A DNA stretch of 64,000 nucleotides from an uncultured Rhizobium sp. (GTDB lineage: Bacteria > Bacteroidota > Bacteroidia > NS11-12g > UBA955): assembly GCA_964492925.1 (NCBI GenBank), contig CAZBMF010000001.1, positions 3,452-67,451 on the forward strand, written 5' to 3'. Positions 10,133 through 20,411 of this stretch are shown piece by piece. The position numbers and the translations under genes were made by a program. Below the pieces are notes generated by a model. That model was given only the letters and a program-made list of their open reading frames with translations. It did not search any database and was not told where the DNA came from. The stretch's first letter is position 1; every line of letters starts with the position of its first letter.

Positions 10133-11518
10133 TTATAAAAAGCGTTTTACCAATTTCAAAGAAGCACTCGAATAGGGAGGGTATTTCTGTTTCAAATCAA
10201 ACCAAAAACTGGTTTTTAATACACTCTTTTTATGTGTAAAAGCATCAAATCCGTATTTGCCATGGTATGATCCTTGTCCGCTGTTACCTACACCACCAAA
10301 CGGCATTTCCGGGGTAACAAGGTGCATGAGGGTATTGTTGATACATCCCCCACCAAAAGAAATATTCTTTGTAATTCTTTCGCTCAGATTTTTGTTGGAG
10401 CTGAAAATATACAAGGCTAATGGGTTGGGATTTTTTTCAATGATTTGATAAATTTCTTCCTCATTTTGGAAAGAAATAATTGGCAAAATTGGACCAAAAA
10501 TTTCTTCTTTCATGATGGGATGTTCGAGGTTATTAATTTTTACCAAAGTAGGTTCAATATACAAGGTTTCTTTGCTGTGGTTTCCACCAACCAAAATCTC
10601 ACATCCTTCCAGTAATTGAATCAAACGGTTGAAATGGTGTTCATTCACAATTTTGGTATAGTCTTTCGATTCTTGAATATTTTTACCGTAGAATTCATGC
10701 ATGGCATGTTTTAAAGAATCAACGAGTTCACCGCTAAATTTTTCATACACCAAAATATAATCTGGGGCAACACAGGTTTGTCCGGCGTTAATGGTTTTGC
10801 CCATGAGAATTCTGTTTGCTGTTGTTTTTACGGGGGTTGATCCGTCTACAATGCATGGACTTTTACCTCCCAATTCTAAAATGGTAGGAATTAAGTATTT
10901 TGCTGCCTGCTGTGCTATAATGCGACCAACTGCTGTTGATCCAGTGAAGAAAATATGATTGGGTTTATAATGATCAATTGCGAGTGGCACAATTTCGGCG
11001 CCATTTCCTTCAATGATATCGATATAACTTTCAGAAAAAGTGGCCCGAATCATTTTTGTTAGAAGCACCGAGGTATGAGGTGTAAGTTCAGATGGTTTTA
11101 AAAGGACCGTATTACCTGCTGCAATTGCAGCCACCAAAGGAGCTATGAGCAATTGAAAAGGGTAATTCCACGGTGCAATGATGAGGCATTTGCCATACGG
11201 TTGTTGGATGATTCTGCTTTTTGAGGGAAATAAGGCCATTGGCGAAGATGGGCGTTGTGGCTTCATCCAATTGGCCAAATGCTTCAATGTGTGTTTGATT
11301 TCACTCAGAACAAAACCAATTTCTGTGGTGTATGTTTCGAATTCAGACTTCCCTAAATCTTTCTGAAGTGCTTCGATGATTTCTTCTTGGTAGGCTTCAA
11401 TGGCACCTTTGAGTATCAAAAGTTGTGATTTTCTAAACTCATAAGATAAAGTAATACCTTCTTGAAAGTGTTCTTTCTGCTGTTGACCCAAGTTGGTGAG
11501 GTAAGTGGCTGAATTCAT
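10133..11518 (-). CDS. NAD(P)-dependent aldehyde dehydrogenase (class-3-like family)
   Basis: 461 aa. Catalytic motifs 'ELGGKSP' (Glu) and 'GQTCVAPDY' (Cys). Confidence 0.9.
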   Translation of the reverse strand: MNSATYLTNLGQQQKEHFQEGITLSYEFRKSQLLILKGAIEAYQEEIIEALQKDLGKSEFETYTTEIGFVLSEIKHTLKHLANWMKPQRPSSPMALFPSKSRIIQQPYGKCLIIAPWNYPFQLLIAPLVAAIAAGNTVLLKPSELTPHTSVLLTKMIRATFSESYIDIIEGNGAEIVPLAIDHYKPNHIFFTGSTAVGRIIAQQAAKYLIPTILELGGKSPCIVDGSTPVKTTANRILMGKTINAGQTCVAPDYILVYEKFSGELVDSLKHAMHEFYGKNIQESKDYTKIVNEHHFNRLIQLLEGCEILVGGNHSKETLYIEPTLVKINNLEHPIMKEEIFGPILPIISFQNEEEIYQIIEKNPNPLALYIFSSNKNLSERITKNISFGGGCINNTLMHLVTPEMPFGGVGNSGQGSYHGKYGFDAFTHKKSVLKTSFWFDLKQKYPPYSSASLKLVKRFL

Positions 11519-11542
11519 GTTGGTTTGAATTGGAATTGTTTT

Positions 11543-12004
11543 TTAATAACAATTTAAAATTTGAAAAGATTTTTGATTGAACATAATCTGATCACCTTTT
11601 TGTTTCCCCACAATTTCATGTCCAAACGGAGAAGAAGAAGATATGGTTTTAATTTTTGTACCTTGAACTGTTATATCTCCAATTGCTGGTCCGAGAAATA
11701 CAAACAATTCAGTTGAATTTTGGGATAGATGTACCAGGGTGCCTAAAATAATGGTACCATGAAACTCATGGAAGTGTTCAATCATTTCTAATTGGTGATT
11801 GGTTTCTTCGAGTTGTGCCTCTGAACGTCGAATATCGGCCTGTATCATTTCGCGTTGCGTTTCATATTTGTCGCCAGCACTGCTTTTGGTTTCTTGTTGA
11901 ATCGCATAGCGCTCAGATTCAAGGCTTTCTGTCATATTTGCCTTGGTTTGGAGTATTTTATTTTTGATGGCCTGAATAACTTCTGGTTTGTTTGGCAGAT
12001 TCAT
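11543..12004 (-). CDS. GreA/GreB-family transcription elongation factor-like protein
   Basis: 153 aa. N-terminal coiled-coil-like charged region and C-terminal FKBP-like GreA domain motif '...[21 protein letters not shown]...'. Confidence 0.65.
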   Translation of the reverse strand: MNLPNKPEVIQAIKNKILQTKANMTESLESERYAIQQETKSSAGDKYETQREMIQADIRRSEAQLEETNHQLEMIEHFHEFHGTIILGTLVHLSQNSTELFVFLGPAIGDITVQGTKIKTISSSSPFGHEIVGKQKGDQIMFNQKSFQILNCY

Positions 12005-12100
12005 GATTCGAAGTTCGCAATTATTTCACAGTTTTTCATCCCCCGAAATAAAAAAAAGAAAGAGCGCGATTTAGGTTGTAAATTTGCAAAAAAATTGACT

Positions 12101-13315
12101 ATGTCTAAACAGAACACCATTGTTTTAAACACCATTGAAGAGGCCATTGAAGATATCAAAAATGGCAAAGTTGTGATCGTTGTTGACGATGAAGATCGTG
12201 AAAACGAGGGTGATTTTTTGACGGCAGCCCGAAACATGACTCCTGAATTGGTGAATTTTATGGCCAAAGAGGGTCGTGGACTGATTTGTGTTCCACTTAC
12301 TGAAGAGCGTTGTGAGGAGCTTGGATTGGATATGATGGTGGGTAAAAATACTGCCACACATGAAACGGCATTTACGGTGAGTGTTGATTTGTTGGGACAT
12401 GGCTGTACTACTGGGATTTCGGCGCACGATAGATCAAAAACCATCATGGCTTTAATTGATCCAAATGTGAATCCTGATGAGTTGGGTAAACCGGGACATA
12501 TCTTTCCTTTGAGGGCTAAAAAAGAGGGTGTTTTACGAAGAGCTGGGCATACTGAAGCGGCCATTGATTTGGCAAGAATGGCAGGATTTGAACCTGCTGG
12601 TTGTATTGTTGAAATTTTGAATGAAGATGGTACAATGGCAAGATTGCCTGATTTGGTTACTGTGGCAGAAAAATTCAACTTAAAAATTGTGAGTATTGAG
12701 CAATTGATTAAATACAGAATTGCCCATGAAAGCTTGATACGCAGAGAGATTTCGGTTCAAATGCCAACAAAATTTGGCGATTTTGACCTTGTTGCATACA
12801 AACAAAAAGACACAGATCAAGAACATTTGGTGCTCATGAAAGGTTCTTGGGATGAAAATGAACCAGTTTTGGTAAGGGTGCATAGCAGCTGCCTTACCGG
12901 CGATATTTTTGGTAGTTGCAGGTGCGATTGCGGAGAACAATTGCAAAAGGCCATGGAAAGAATTGAGGAAGAAGGAAAAGGAATCATTGTTTATATGAAT
13001 CAGGAGGGACGTGGCATCGGACTATTGAATAAGTTGAAGGCCTATAAGTTACAGGAGCAAGGGTTGGATACTGTTGAAGCGAATTTACAATTGGGATTCG
13101 GAATGGATGAGAGAGATTATGGCGTGGGTGCCCAAATTATCCGCGATATGGGTATTTCTAAAATTCGATTGATGAGCAACAATCCTAAAAAACGGACGGG
13201 TTTGATTGGATATGGATTGGAAATTGTGGAAAATGTACCATTGTTGGTTCAGCCTAATCCACACAATGCCAAATACTTGGACACCAAAAGGGCCAAAATG
13301 GGACATATAATTTAA
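12101..13315 (+). CDS. ribBA: Bifunctional 3,4-dihydroxy-2-butanone-4-phosphate synthase / GTP cyclohydrolase II
   Basis: Start re-set to the internal ATG (MSKQNTIVL...). DHBP synthase signature '[11 protein letters not shown]' and GTP cyclohydrolase II Zn-Cys cluster '[15 protein letters not shown]'. The 82-codon upstream extension in the ORF track overlaps the opposite-strand greA-like gene. Confidence 0.95.
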   Translation: MSKQNTIVLNTIEEAIEDIKNGKVVIVVDDEDRENEGDFLTAARNMTPELVNFMAKEGRGLICVPLTEERCEELGLDMMVGKNTATHETAFTVSVDLLGHGCTTGISAHDRSKTIMALIDPNVNPDELGKPGHIFPLRAKKEGVLRRAGHTEAAIDLARMAGFEPAGCIVEILNEDGTMARLPDLVTVAEKFNLKIVSIEQLIKYRIAHESLIRREISVQMPTKFGDFDLVAYKQKDTDQEHLVLMKGSWDENEPVLVRVHSSCLTGDIFGSCRCDCGEQLQKAMERIEEEGKGIIVYMNQEGRGIGLLNKLKAYKLQEQGLDTVEANLQLGFGMDERDYGVGAQIIRDMGISKIRLMSNNPKKRTGLIGYGLEIVENVPLLVQPNPHNAKYLDTKRAKMGHII

Positions 13316-13326
13316 TTGAAAAACGC

Positions 13327-14172
13327 ATGATTACTGTAAAACCAGAAGAAACCCCGATACCGCAGCTCCATCAATTTTTGATTGGCAGTATTGGTCCTAG
13401 ACCCATTTGTTTTGCAAGCACAATAAGTGCCGATGGTAAGCCAAATTTGGCGCCATTTAGTTTTTTCAATGTGTTCAGTGCAAATCCTCCAATTGTGGTT
13501 TTTGCGCCCAATAACAGTGGAAGAGATGGAACACCAAAACACACCTATTTGAATGTGAAGGAAGTGTCTCAAGTGGTAATCAATGTGGTTTCTATGGACA
13601 TGCTCAATCAGATGAATTTGGCGGCTGCACCATGGGAATATGGTGTAAGCGAATTTGAAAAAGCTGGTTTTACACCTATAGATTCTGAAGTGGTGAAACC
13701 ATTTAGGGTGGTTGAAAGTCCGGTTCAAATGGAATGTGAGGTGATTGAAGTCAAAGAAATGGGCGTTGGTGGTGGTGCTGGCAATTTGGTGATTTGCAAA
13801 GTTTTACGTTTACACATTAACGAAAATGTGTTAAATACTGAGGGAAAAATTGACCAGCATAAAATGAAATTGGTTGGCCGATTGGGTGGAAGTTGGTATT
13901 GTAAAACCGATGAAATGAGTTTGTTTGAATTGTCGCAACCCATGCAAAAAACCATTGGTTACGATGCATTGCCGGCGGCTGTGAAAAGCAGCGAAGTACT
14001 TTCTGCCAATGATATTGGCAAAATGGGCTGTTTGTTAGAATGGCCAAGTGAAATGGACATAGAAGCAGCCATGGAGCAATATGGTCTTGGCGATGTGCAA
14101 GCCACCGCCAAGAAATTGATAGACCAAGGCAACGTCAAAGAAGCCTTGGCTTTGTTTATGTCTTTGAGTTAA
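13327..14172 (+). CDS. Flavin reductase-like (FMN-binding split-barrel) family protein
   Basis: 281 aa. N-terminal 'IGPRPICFASTISADGKPNLAPFSFF' typical of the flavin reductase-like domain. Confidence 0.75.
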   Translation: MITVKPEETPIPQLHQFLIGSIGPRPICFASTISADGKPNLAPFSFFNVFSANPPIVVFAPNNSGRDGTPKHTYLNVKEVSQVVINVVSMDMLNQMNLAAAPWEYGVSEFEKAGFTPIDSEVVKPFRVVESPVQMECEVIEVKEMGVGGGAGNLVICKVLRLHINENVLNTEGKIDQHKMKLVGRLGGSWYCKTDEMSLFELSQPMQKTIGYDALPAAVKSSEVLSANDIGKMGCLLEWPSEMDIEAAMEQYGLGDVQATAKKLIDQGNVKEALALFMSLS

Positions 14173-14615
14173 TTTAATAACTCTTTAACAAGTTGAGAAA
14201 TCAACTTTCCGTCGGCTTGTCCGCTTAATTCTTTCATTGCCAAAGGGATAATTTTACCCATATTGGCAGCGCCAGATAAACCCGAAGCGGTGATGATGGC
14301 TTGAACTTTTTCACGCACTTCAGATTCACTCATTTGAGCAGGAAGAAATTCTTCAATGATGGCCAATTCAGCAGATTCAACAGCTGCTAAGTCTTCGCGG
14401 CCTTGAGTTTTGTATATTTCTAAAGAATCTTTGCGTTGTTTAGCAAGTTTTTGAAGGGCTTTGATGCACATATCGTCGGTTACTTCTGTAACACCTTCAC
14501 CAGTTTGCAACAACAAAAAGGCACTTTTGATTCCGCGCAAGGCTCTGAGTCTGTCGGCTTCTTTCGCTTTCATGGCAGTAATAATGCCGGCATTCACTTG
14601 TTCAATTAGATTCAT
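14169..14615 (-). CDS. GatB/YqeY domain-containing protein
   Basis: About 148 aa from the internal Met (MNLIEQVNAGIITAMKAKE...). 'ALRGIKSA', 'IIEEFLP' and 'GKIIPLAMKELSGQADGKLISQLVKELL' match the YqeY family. Confidence 0.75.
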   Translation of the reverse strand: MNLIEQVNAGIITAMKAKEADRLRALRGIKSAFLLLQTGEGVTEVTDDMCIKALQKLAKQRKDSLEIYKTQGREDLAAVESAELAIIEEFLPAQMSESEVREKVQAIITASGLSGAANMGKIIPLAMKELSGQADGKLISQLVKELLN

Positions 14616-14669
14616 ATTGCAAAGATACAAAACAACTTTGTTTCCGTATCTTTGCACTTTTCAATTTTT

Positions 14670-16202
14670 ATGTCAACCGAAAGACCTGTTCGCGTACGTT
14701 TTGCTCCTAGTCCTACTGGACCTTTGCACATTGGTGGTGTTAGAACTGCACTTTACAATTATTTGTTAGCAAGAAAACATGGTGGAACCATGATTCTTCG
14801 TATTGAAGATACAGACCAAAATAGATTTGTTCCTGGTGCCGAAGAATATATCAGAGAAAGTTTAAAATGGGTGGGCATAGAAATTGATGAGGGACCAGAA
14901 CAAGGTGGTCCGCATGCTCCTTACAGACAGAGCGAGCGCAAACCTATGTACCGTCAATACGCAGAGCGTTTGATTGAAGAGGGATTGGCGTATTACGCAT
15001 TTGATACTGAGGAAGATCTTGAGCAAATGAGAAAGCGTTTGGAAGCTTCAAAGATGCAGCCAGCCTATGATGCTGTGAGCAGAATGGGCATGAAAAACTC
15101 TTTGACACTTTCTGCTGATGAGGTGAAAGAAAGATTGGATAGAGGCGATAATTATGTCATTCGTATCAAATTACCACGTAAAGAAGAGGTAAGGTTTCAT
15201 GATGTTATTCGGGGTTGGGTTTCTGTGAATACAAGTACCATGGACGATAAAGTATTGTTGAAGGGTGATGGCATGCCAACATACCATTTGGCGAATGTTG
15301 TTGATGATTATTTGATGGGCATTTCTCACGTAATTAGAGGCGAAGAATGGTTACCAAGTGCACCTTTACATGTGATGCTTTACCGTTATTTGGGATGGGA
15401 AGAAAACATGCCAAATTTTGCTCATTTGCCTTTGTTGTTAAAACCTGAAGGAAATGGAAAATTGAGCAAAAGAGATGGCGATAGATTGGGATTCCCTGTT
15501 TTTCCGATGGATTGGACAGACCCAAAAACTGGAGAAAAGAGTTCAGGGTATAAAGAATCTGGCTACTATCCTGAAGCGGTTGCCAACATGTTAGCCCTTT
15601 TAGGCTGGCATCCAAGCGACAACCAAGAAATATTTAGCATGGATGAACTCATTCAGGTATTTTCACTGGAAAGAGTGAGCAAGAGTGGCGCAAAATTCGA
15701 TGTTAACAAAGCTTTTTGGTTCAATCAACAGTATTTAAATCAAAAATCGGTTGGTGAAATTTACGAAAATATTTCAGGAATTTTTTCGCAGAAATACGGA
15801 AATGTGGAACGCAGTTATGCAGAAACCATCATTGCAATGATGCGTGAAAAATATCAATTTGACCGTGAAATTCCGGATGCGGCTTCTTATTTCTTTATTG
15901 AACCGAGTAGTTTTGATGAAGAAGTGATTCGCAAGAAATGGAAACCGGAAACCAATGGACTTTTATCAGAGTTAGGTCAATATTTTTCACAGCAAAATTG
16001 TCAAAATCCTACGGAATTTGAGTCCAGTTTCAAGCAATATTGCGAGAACAAAGGAATCAAAACTGGTGAGATTTTGCAGCCTTTGAGGGTTGCAGTATCT
16101 GGTGTTGCTATGGGTCCTCCAATTTTTGATATGTTGGCATTATTTGGCATTCAAAAGGTAATTAACCGATTGGAAGTTTGTGTTAATTCGATAAAACTTT
16201 AA
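14670..16202 (+). CDS. gltX: Glutamate--tRNA ligase
   Basis: Class I HIGH motif 'SPTGPLHIGG' and KMSKS-like 'KLSKRDG'. Start taken at MSTERP. Confidence 0.95.
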   Translation: MSTERPVRVRFAPSPTGPLHIGGVRTALYNYLLARKHGGTMILRIEDTDQNRFVPGAEEYIRESLKWVGIEIDEGPEQGGPHAPYRQSERKPMYRQYAERLIEEGLAYYAFDTEEDLEQMRKRLEASKMQPAYDAVSRMGMKNSLTLSADEVKERLDRGDNYVIRIKLPRKEEVRFHDVIRGWVSVNTSTMDDKVLLKGDGMPTYHLANVVDDYLMGISHVIRGEEWLPSAPLHVMLYRYLGWEENMPNFAHLPLLLKPEGNGKLSKRDGDRLGFPVFPMDWTDPKTGEKSSGYKESGYYPEAVANMLALLGWHPSDNQEIFSMDELIQVFSLERVSKSGAKFDVNKAFWFNQQYLNQKSVGEIYENISGIFSQKYGNVERSYAETIIAMMREKYQFDREIPDAASYFFIEPSSFDEEVIRKKWKPETNGLLSELGQYFSQQNCQNPTEFESSFKQYCENKGIKTGEILQPLRVAVSGVAMGPPIFDMLALFGIQKVINRLEVCVNSIKL

Positions 16203-16301
16203 CCCTCAAACATTAAATTTGAAGAAAAGGTTTCCTTTTGGAAAGAGGAATCCTTATTTTCGCCTTTTAAAAATTGTAAAATCTTAAAGAAAAATTATAC
16301 G

Positions 16302-19300
16302 ATGAATTCATTTTCTCGATTAAATGTAATCATTGGATGGCTAATGTTTGCCATCTCTTTGGTTGTTTACACACTCACATTAGAGCCTTCTGTTAGTTTA
16401 TGGGATTGTGGTGAGTTTGCTTCGGCTGCCTACAAATTGCAAGTGGTTCACCCTCCTGGGGCGCCATTGTTTTTGATGATTGGTAGAATTTTCTCGCTTT
16501 TTGCAAGCACTCCTGAAAATGTTGGTTTTTGGGTAAACATGCTTTCTGCGGTTTCATCTGCTGGTTGTGTTATGTTTACTTATTGGATCACCGTAATGTT
16601 TGCTCAAAAATTGGTTTCAGATGAAAACAAGAGCAAAACAATTTTGGTGGTTTCTGCTGGTATCGTTGCTGCTTTAACCAATACTTTCTTAGATTCTTTC
16701 TGGTTTAGTGCTGTAGAAGCGGAGGTGTACGCAATGAGTTCATTCTTTACATCCCTCACTTTCTGGGCATTATTAAGATGGTATACCAGTGATGATAGCA
16801 AGATTGTAGACCGATGGATAGTATTCATTGGTTTCATGATTGGTTTGGCATTGGGAACGCACATGTTGAACTTGCTTGTTATTCCAACAGTTTGCTTGGC
16901 ATATTACTTCAAGAAATACAATGTAACTCTTAAAGGAATTATCATGGCCTTAATTGGTAGCGGTGTAGCATTGGGTTTTGTAATGAAAATTGTTTACCCA
17001 GGTATTCCTTGGTTATTGGCGAATCTCGATAAAATGTTCGTGAATGGTTTCGGTATGCCTTTCTATAGTGGTGCAATTGTTGCAATCGCTTTAATTGTGG
17101 CTGCCATTGTTTATTTGCTTATGTGGTCTCACAAAAAAGCAAGTCACAATTGGAACGTTATCATTCTAAGTGCCGGTTTTATCATTTTTGGATATTCATC
17201 TTATGCTATGGTTGTTATCAGAAGTATGGCCAATCCGGCAATCGATATGAACAATCCTGAGGATCCATTTAAATTCTATGGTTATATCACACGTGAACAA
17301 TACGGTGATCGTCCTTTGTTATATGGTCCTTATTTTAATGCTCCTGCAACAGGACAGAAAGAAAAAGCACGTCGTTACTTCAAATCTAAAGAGAGATATG
17401 AAGAAGGAGATGAAAATATTGAAACATTGTTTGAACCATACGATATCGATGGCGATGGTAGAGCAGAGAATTTCAATACCATTTTCCCGCGTATGGGTTC
17501 TATGGAACAACGTCACTTCAGAGGTTATCGTGAATTAAGTGGAATGGATGATGTTCAAAACAGATTGGATGAACTTCAAAATTCAGGTAGACCTTTAACT
17601 GATCAAGAGAAAGCAGAAGTGCAAATGTTGGAATATACTGCACCTTCTTTTGGAAACAACATGAAATTCTTCTTTACCCATCAAATTCGTTATATGTATT
17701 TGAGATACTTTGCATGGAATTTTGTGGGAAGATTTAACGACCAACAAGCAGTTTCTGGAAACGGACAAATTGATGGAAACTGGTACTCTGGTATTCCTTT
17801 TGTTGACAATATCAACATTGGTCCTATGAAAGACATTCCTGATTACTACAAAGATCAAAAGGCTAAAAATGCCTATTTCTTCTTGCCTTTGATTTTGGGT
17901 ATTCTAGGTTTGGTTTTACAATATGGCAAAAAGAAGCATGACTTCTGGTTGGTCATGACCATGTTTATTTTTACAGGATTATTGATCATTGTTTATACAA
18001 ACCAACCTCCAACTGAACCACGTGAACGTGATTATGCAGTTGTTGGGTCATTCCAAATATTCTGTATTTGGATTGGATTGGGAGTAATTGCACTTGCTGA
18101 AGCGCTTCAAAAATACCTTAAAGGTGCTTCTGCTGTGGGTGCGGCTGCCTTGAGTATACTTCTTGTTCCTATCAACATGGGTTATCAAAACTGGGATGAC
18201 CATGATCGCTCTGGTCGTTATATCGGTATTGATATGGCTAAAAACTTTTTAGGTTCTCTTGAAAAGAATGCCGTGTTGTTCTGTAATGGTGACAATGATA
18301 CCTATCCATTATGGTACGCTCAAAATGTTGAGGGATACAGAACTGACGTTAGAATCATTAACCAATCTTTGTTGCCTACAGATTGGTATAGCATGATTTT
18401 AAAAGATACTGTTTATGAGTCAACCCCGCTTCCATTGTCATGGAAAAAAGAAGACCTTCAAACAGGATGTTTTGAATCTCCATATGGTATTCAAATCAAC
18501 AATGAAGAATATCCAATGCGCAGAGAATTGTCAACCATTATTAAAGAAATGCAAGATCAAAAAGCCAAGAATGGCGGTGAAACCAAAGGCATCAATTGGA
18601 ATGGAAGCAAATTCTTTGTGAAGGTAGACAAAAATGCTGTTCTTGCAAATGGGGTTGTTTCTCAATCTGAAGCGAATTTGATTGAAGATACAATCAACAT
18701 CGATATTGCCAGTGGCAGATTGTCTAAAGGTGATTTGGTTATGTATGATTTGATTGCAACTATGGCCAAAGAAGGCTGGAAACGTCCTATTTACTTCACT
18801 TCAGTATCTGGATATGATTTCGGTTTCTTGAACAATTATTTGCAATTGGAAGGATTGGTTTACCGTTTTGTACCAATTAAAGGTGGTGCAGACAGAGGCC
18901 AACCAAACAGGGTACAAGAATTCAAATTGTACAACAATTTGGTAAATCGTTACAAATACTATGGCATGAAAGATAAAAAGAACTTCTTCTTAGATGATAA
19001 AGCTTCTTATGTTCCAAATGATCTTCAGCAAATGACATTATTGTTGGCTAACTATTACATTGAGAAAATCAACAGTTTAGAGCAAATGGCCAATGGTATT
19101 AAAACAGGTAAGATGAACATGAATGGTCAAGAAGTTCCAATGGCATTGGTTACTTCTCCAGTGAAAGGATTTGCATCGGCTACAGATTATTACAATTTCT
19201 ACAAAGATTCTATTCCGAATTATAAGAAACGTGGTATTGAAGTATTGTCGCATATTTTGAAGGAAATTCCTCAATCAGTATTGCCAATGCGTCGTGAATA

Positions 19301-19562
19301 CAGAACAGAGTTCGGTGTTGCATTCTTGGCATTGGGTGATGAAAAATCAGCCAAGAAAATTATGGACGAAAGTGTGAAAGAGAATGTTCAATACGCTCGT
19401 TTCTATAAGAAATTACTTGATAAAAATGATAACAATCAAGTATTTGGTAGAGAATTGAACAACAGTCAGTATTTTATTAATCGCGCAATTGAAGCGGCAA
19501 CCCAAAAGAATAAAATGGATTGGGCGGCGGAATACAAGCGACAATCGGCTGGCTTATTTTAA
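16302..19562 (+). CDS. DUF2723-family large polytopic membrane protein (TMEM260-like putative GT-C glycosyl/mannosyltransferase) with a long extracytoplasmic C-terminal region
   Basis: 1086 aa. N-terminal motif 'TLEPSVSLWDCGEFASAAYKLQVVHPPGAPLF' is characteristic of DUF2723. About 11 predicted TM helices in the first 600 aa. Soluble C-terminal half. Confidence 0.7.
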   Translation: MNSFSRLNVIIGWLMFAISLVVYTLTLEPSVSLWDCGEFASAAYKLQVVHPPGAPLFLMIGRIFSLFASTPENVGFWVNMLSAVSSAGCVMFTYWITVMFAQKLVSDENKSKTILVVSAGIVAALTNTFLDSFWFSAVEAEVYAMSSFFTSLTFWALLRWYTSDDSKIVDRWIVFIGFMIGLALGTHMLNLLVIPTVCLAYYFKKYNVTLKGIIMALIGSGVALGFVMKIVYPGIPWLLANLDKMFVNGFGMPFYSGAIVAIALIVAAIVYLLMWSHKKASHNWNVIILSAGFIIFGYSSYAMVVIRSMANPAIDMNNPEDPFKFYGYITREQYGDRPLLYGPYFNAPATGQKEKARRYFKSKERYEEGDENIETLFEPYDIDGDGRAENFNTIFPRMGSMEQRHFRGYRELSGMDDVQNRLDELQNSGRPLTDQEKAEVQMLEYTAPSFGNNMKFFFTHQIRYMYLRYFAWNFVGRFNDQQAVSGNGQIDGNWYSGIPFVDNINIGPMKDIPDYYKDQKAKNAYFFLPLILGILGLVLQYGKKKHDFWLVMTMFIFTGLLIIVYTNQPPTEPRERDYAVVGSFQIFCIWIGLGVIALAEALQKYLKGASAVGAAALSILLVPINMGYQNWDDHDRSGRYIGIDMAKNFLGSLEKNAVLFCNGDNDTYPLWYAQNVEGYRTDVRIINQSLLPTDWYSMILKDTVYESTPLPLSWKKEDLQTGCFESPYGIQINNEEYPMRRELSTIIKEMQDQKAKNGGETKGINWNGSKFFVKVDKNAVLANGVVSQSEANLIEDTINIDIASGRLSKGDLVMYDLIATMAKEGWKRPIYFTSVSGYDFGFLNNYLQLEGLVYRFVPIKGGADRGQPNRVQEFKLYNNLVNRYKYYGMKDKKNFFLDDKASYVPNDLQQMTLLLANYYIEKINSLEQMANGIKTGKMNMNGQEVPMALVTSPVKGFASATDYYNFYKDSIPNYKKRGIEVLSHILKEIPQSVLPMRREYRTEFGVAFLALGDEKSAKKIMDESVKENVQYARFYKKLLDKNDNNQVFGRELNNSQYFINRAIEAATQKNKMDWAAEYKRQSAGLF

Positions 19563-19576
19563 AAAAGTTTTTTAAG

Positions 19577-19603
19577 TGTCCCGCCGAAAGGCGGGACTTT
19601 TTT
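19577..19603 (+). terminator. Rho-independent terminator
   Basis: gtcccgcc-gaaa-ggcgggac stem-loop followed by tttttt. Confidence 0.75.
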
Positions 19604-19604
19604 T

Positions 19605-20375
19605 ATGTTTAGAAGAGACAATACATTACAAAAAAAAGATTCTTTCGTTTACGGAGTTCATCCTGTAATTGAAGCGCTTGAATCAGGCAAAACTATAGAT
19701 AAAGTTTGGATTCAAGAGGGTGTTTTGCAAGGGCAGCTAAAAGATATCCTGATGATGTTGCGCGACAGAAATATTATATGGAAGCAAGTGCCAACACAAA
19801 AATTAAATTCTCTGGTTAGAGGAAATCATCAAGGTATAGTAGTTGCCATTTCGGCCGTTGATTTTGCCAAATTAGAAGATGTAATTGCCGATACATACGA
19901 AAAAGGTGAAGAACCATTTATTTTGGTTTTAGATGGAATTACGGATGTTAGGAATTTTGGTGCCATTGCAAGAACCGCTTCCTGTGCTGGGGTTCATGCT
20001 ATAGTTGTACCTGAAAAAGGGGGTGCTGCTATTGGTCCCGACGCCATTAAAACTTCTGCTGGTGCTTTGTTTAAAATTCCAGTTTGTAGAACCAATTCAA
20101 TGTACGGTACCATCAAATTGCTTAAAAACTCTGGGTTACACATCGTTGGAGCATCTGAAAAAGGAGCTACCAATTTGTTTGAATCAAAATTTGAAGGTCC
20201 TATGGCAGTGGTTATGGGAAGTGAAGAAACTGGTTTGAGTACTGATGTATGGAAATTGTGCGACCAATTGTGCAAAATTCCATTGATGCCAACAGGTGTT
20301 GATTCACTCAACGTTTCAGTAGCCTCTGGAATCTTCATTTATGAAGTTATCAGACAGCGTACAAAGAATTTGTAA
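19605..20375 (+). CDS. rlmB: 23S rRNA (guanosine-2'-O)-methyltransferase, SpoU/TrmH family (RlmB-like)
   Basis: 256 aa. SPOUT motifs 'VLDGITDVRNFGAIART', 'VVMGSEETGLS', 'LNVSVASGI'. Confidence 0.85.
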   Translation: MFRRDNTLQKKDSFVYGVHPVIEALESGKTIDKVWIQEGVLQGQLKDILMMLRDRNIIWKQVPTQKLNSLVRGNHQGIVVAISAVDFAKLEDVIADTYEKGEEPFILVLDGITDVRNFGAIARTASCAGVHAIVVPEKGGAAIGPDAIKTSAGALFKIPVCRTNSMYGTIKLLKNSGLHIVGASEKGATNLFESKFEGPMAVVMGSEETGLSTDVWKLCDQLCKIPLMPTGVDSLNVSVASGIFIYEVIRQRTKNL

Positions 20376-20411
20376 GATTTAGTCTTAAGTTATTGTATTT
20401 TTGCGACTTTT

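Noticed and set aside
12005-12100. Possible FMN riboswitch in the ribBA leader
   Set aside because: The leader is only about 96 nt. I could not find the conserved RFN-element segments (the GGATG / AGGGC / CCGAC-like cores) or the multi-stem architecture. Called as a plain leader.
11855-12100. 82-codon N-terminal extension of ribBA given by the ORF track
   Set aside because: It overlaps the opposite-strand greA-like gene and is hydrophobic and low-complexity. The canonical RibB N-terminus ([23 protein letters not shown]) begins at the internal ATG at 12101.
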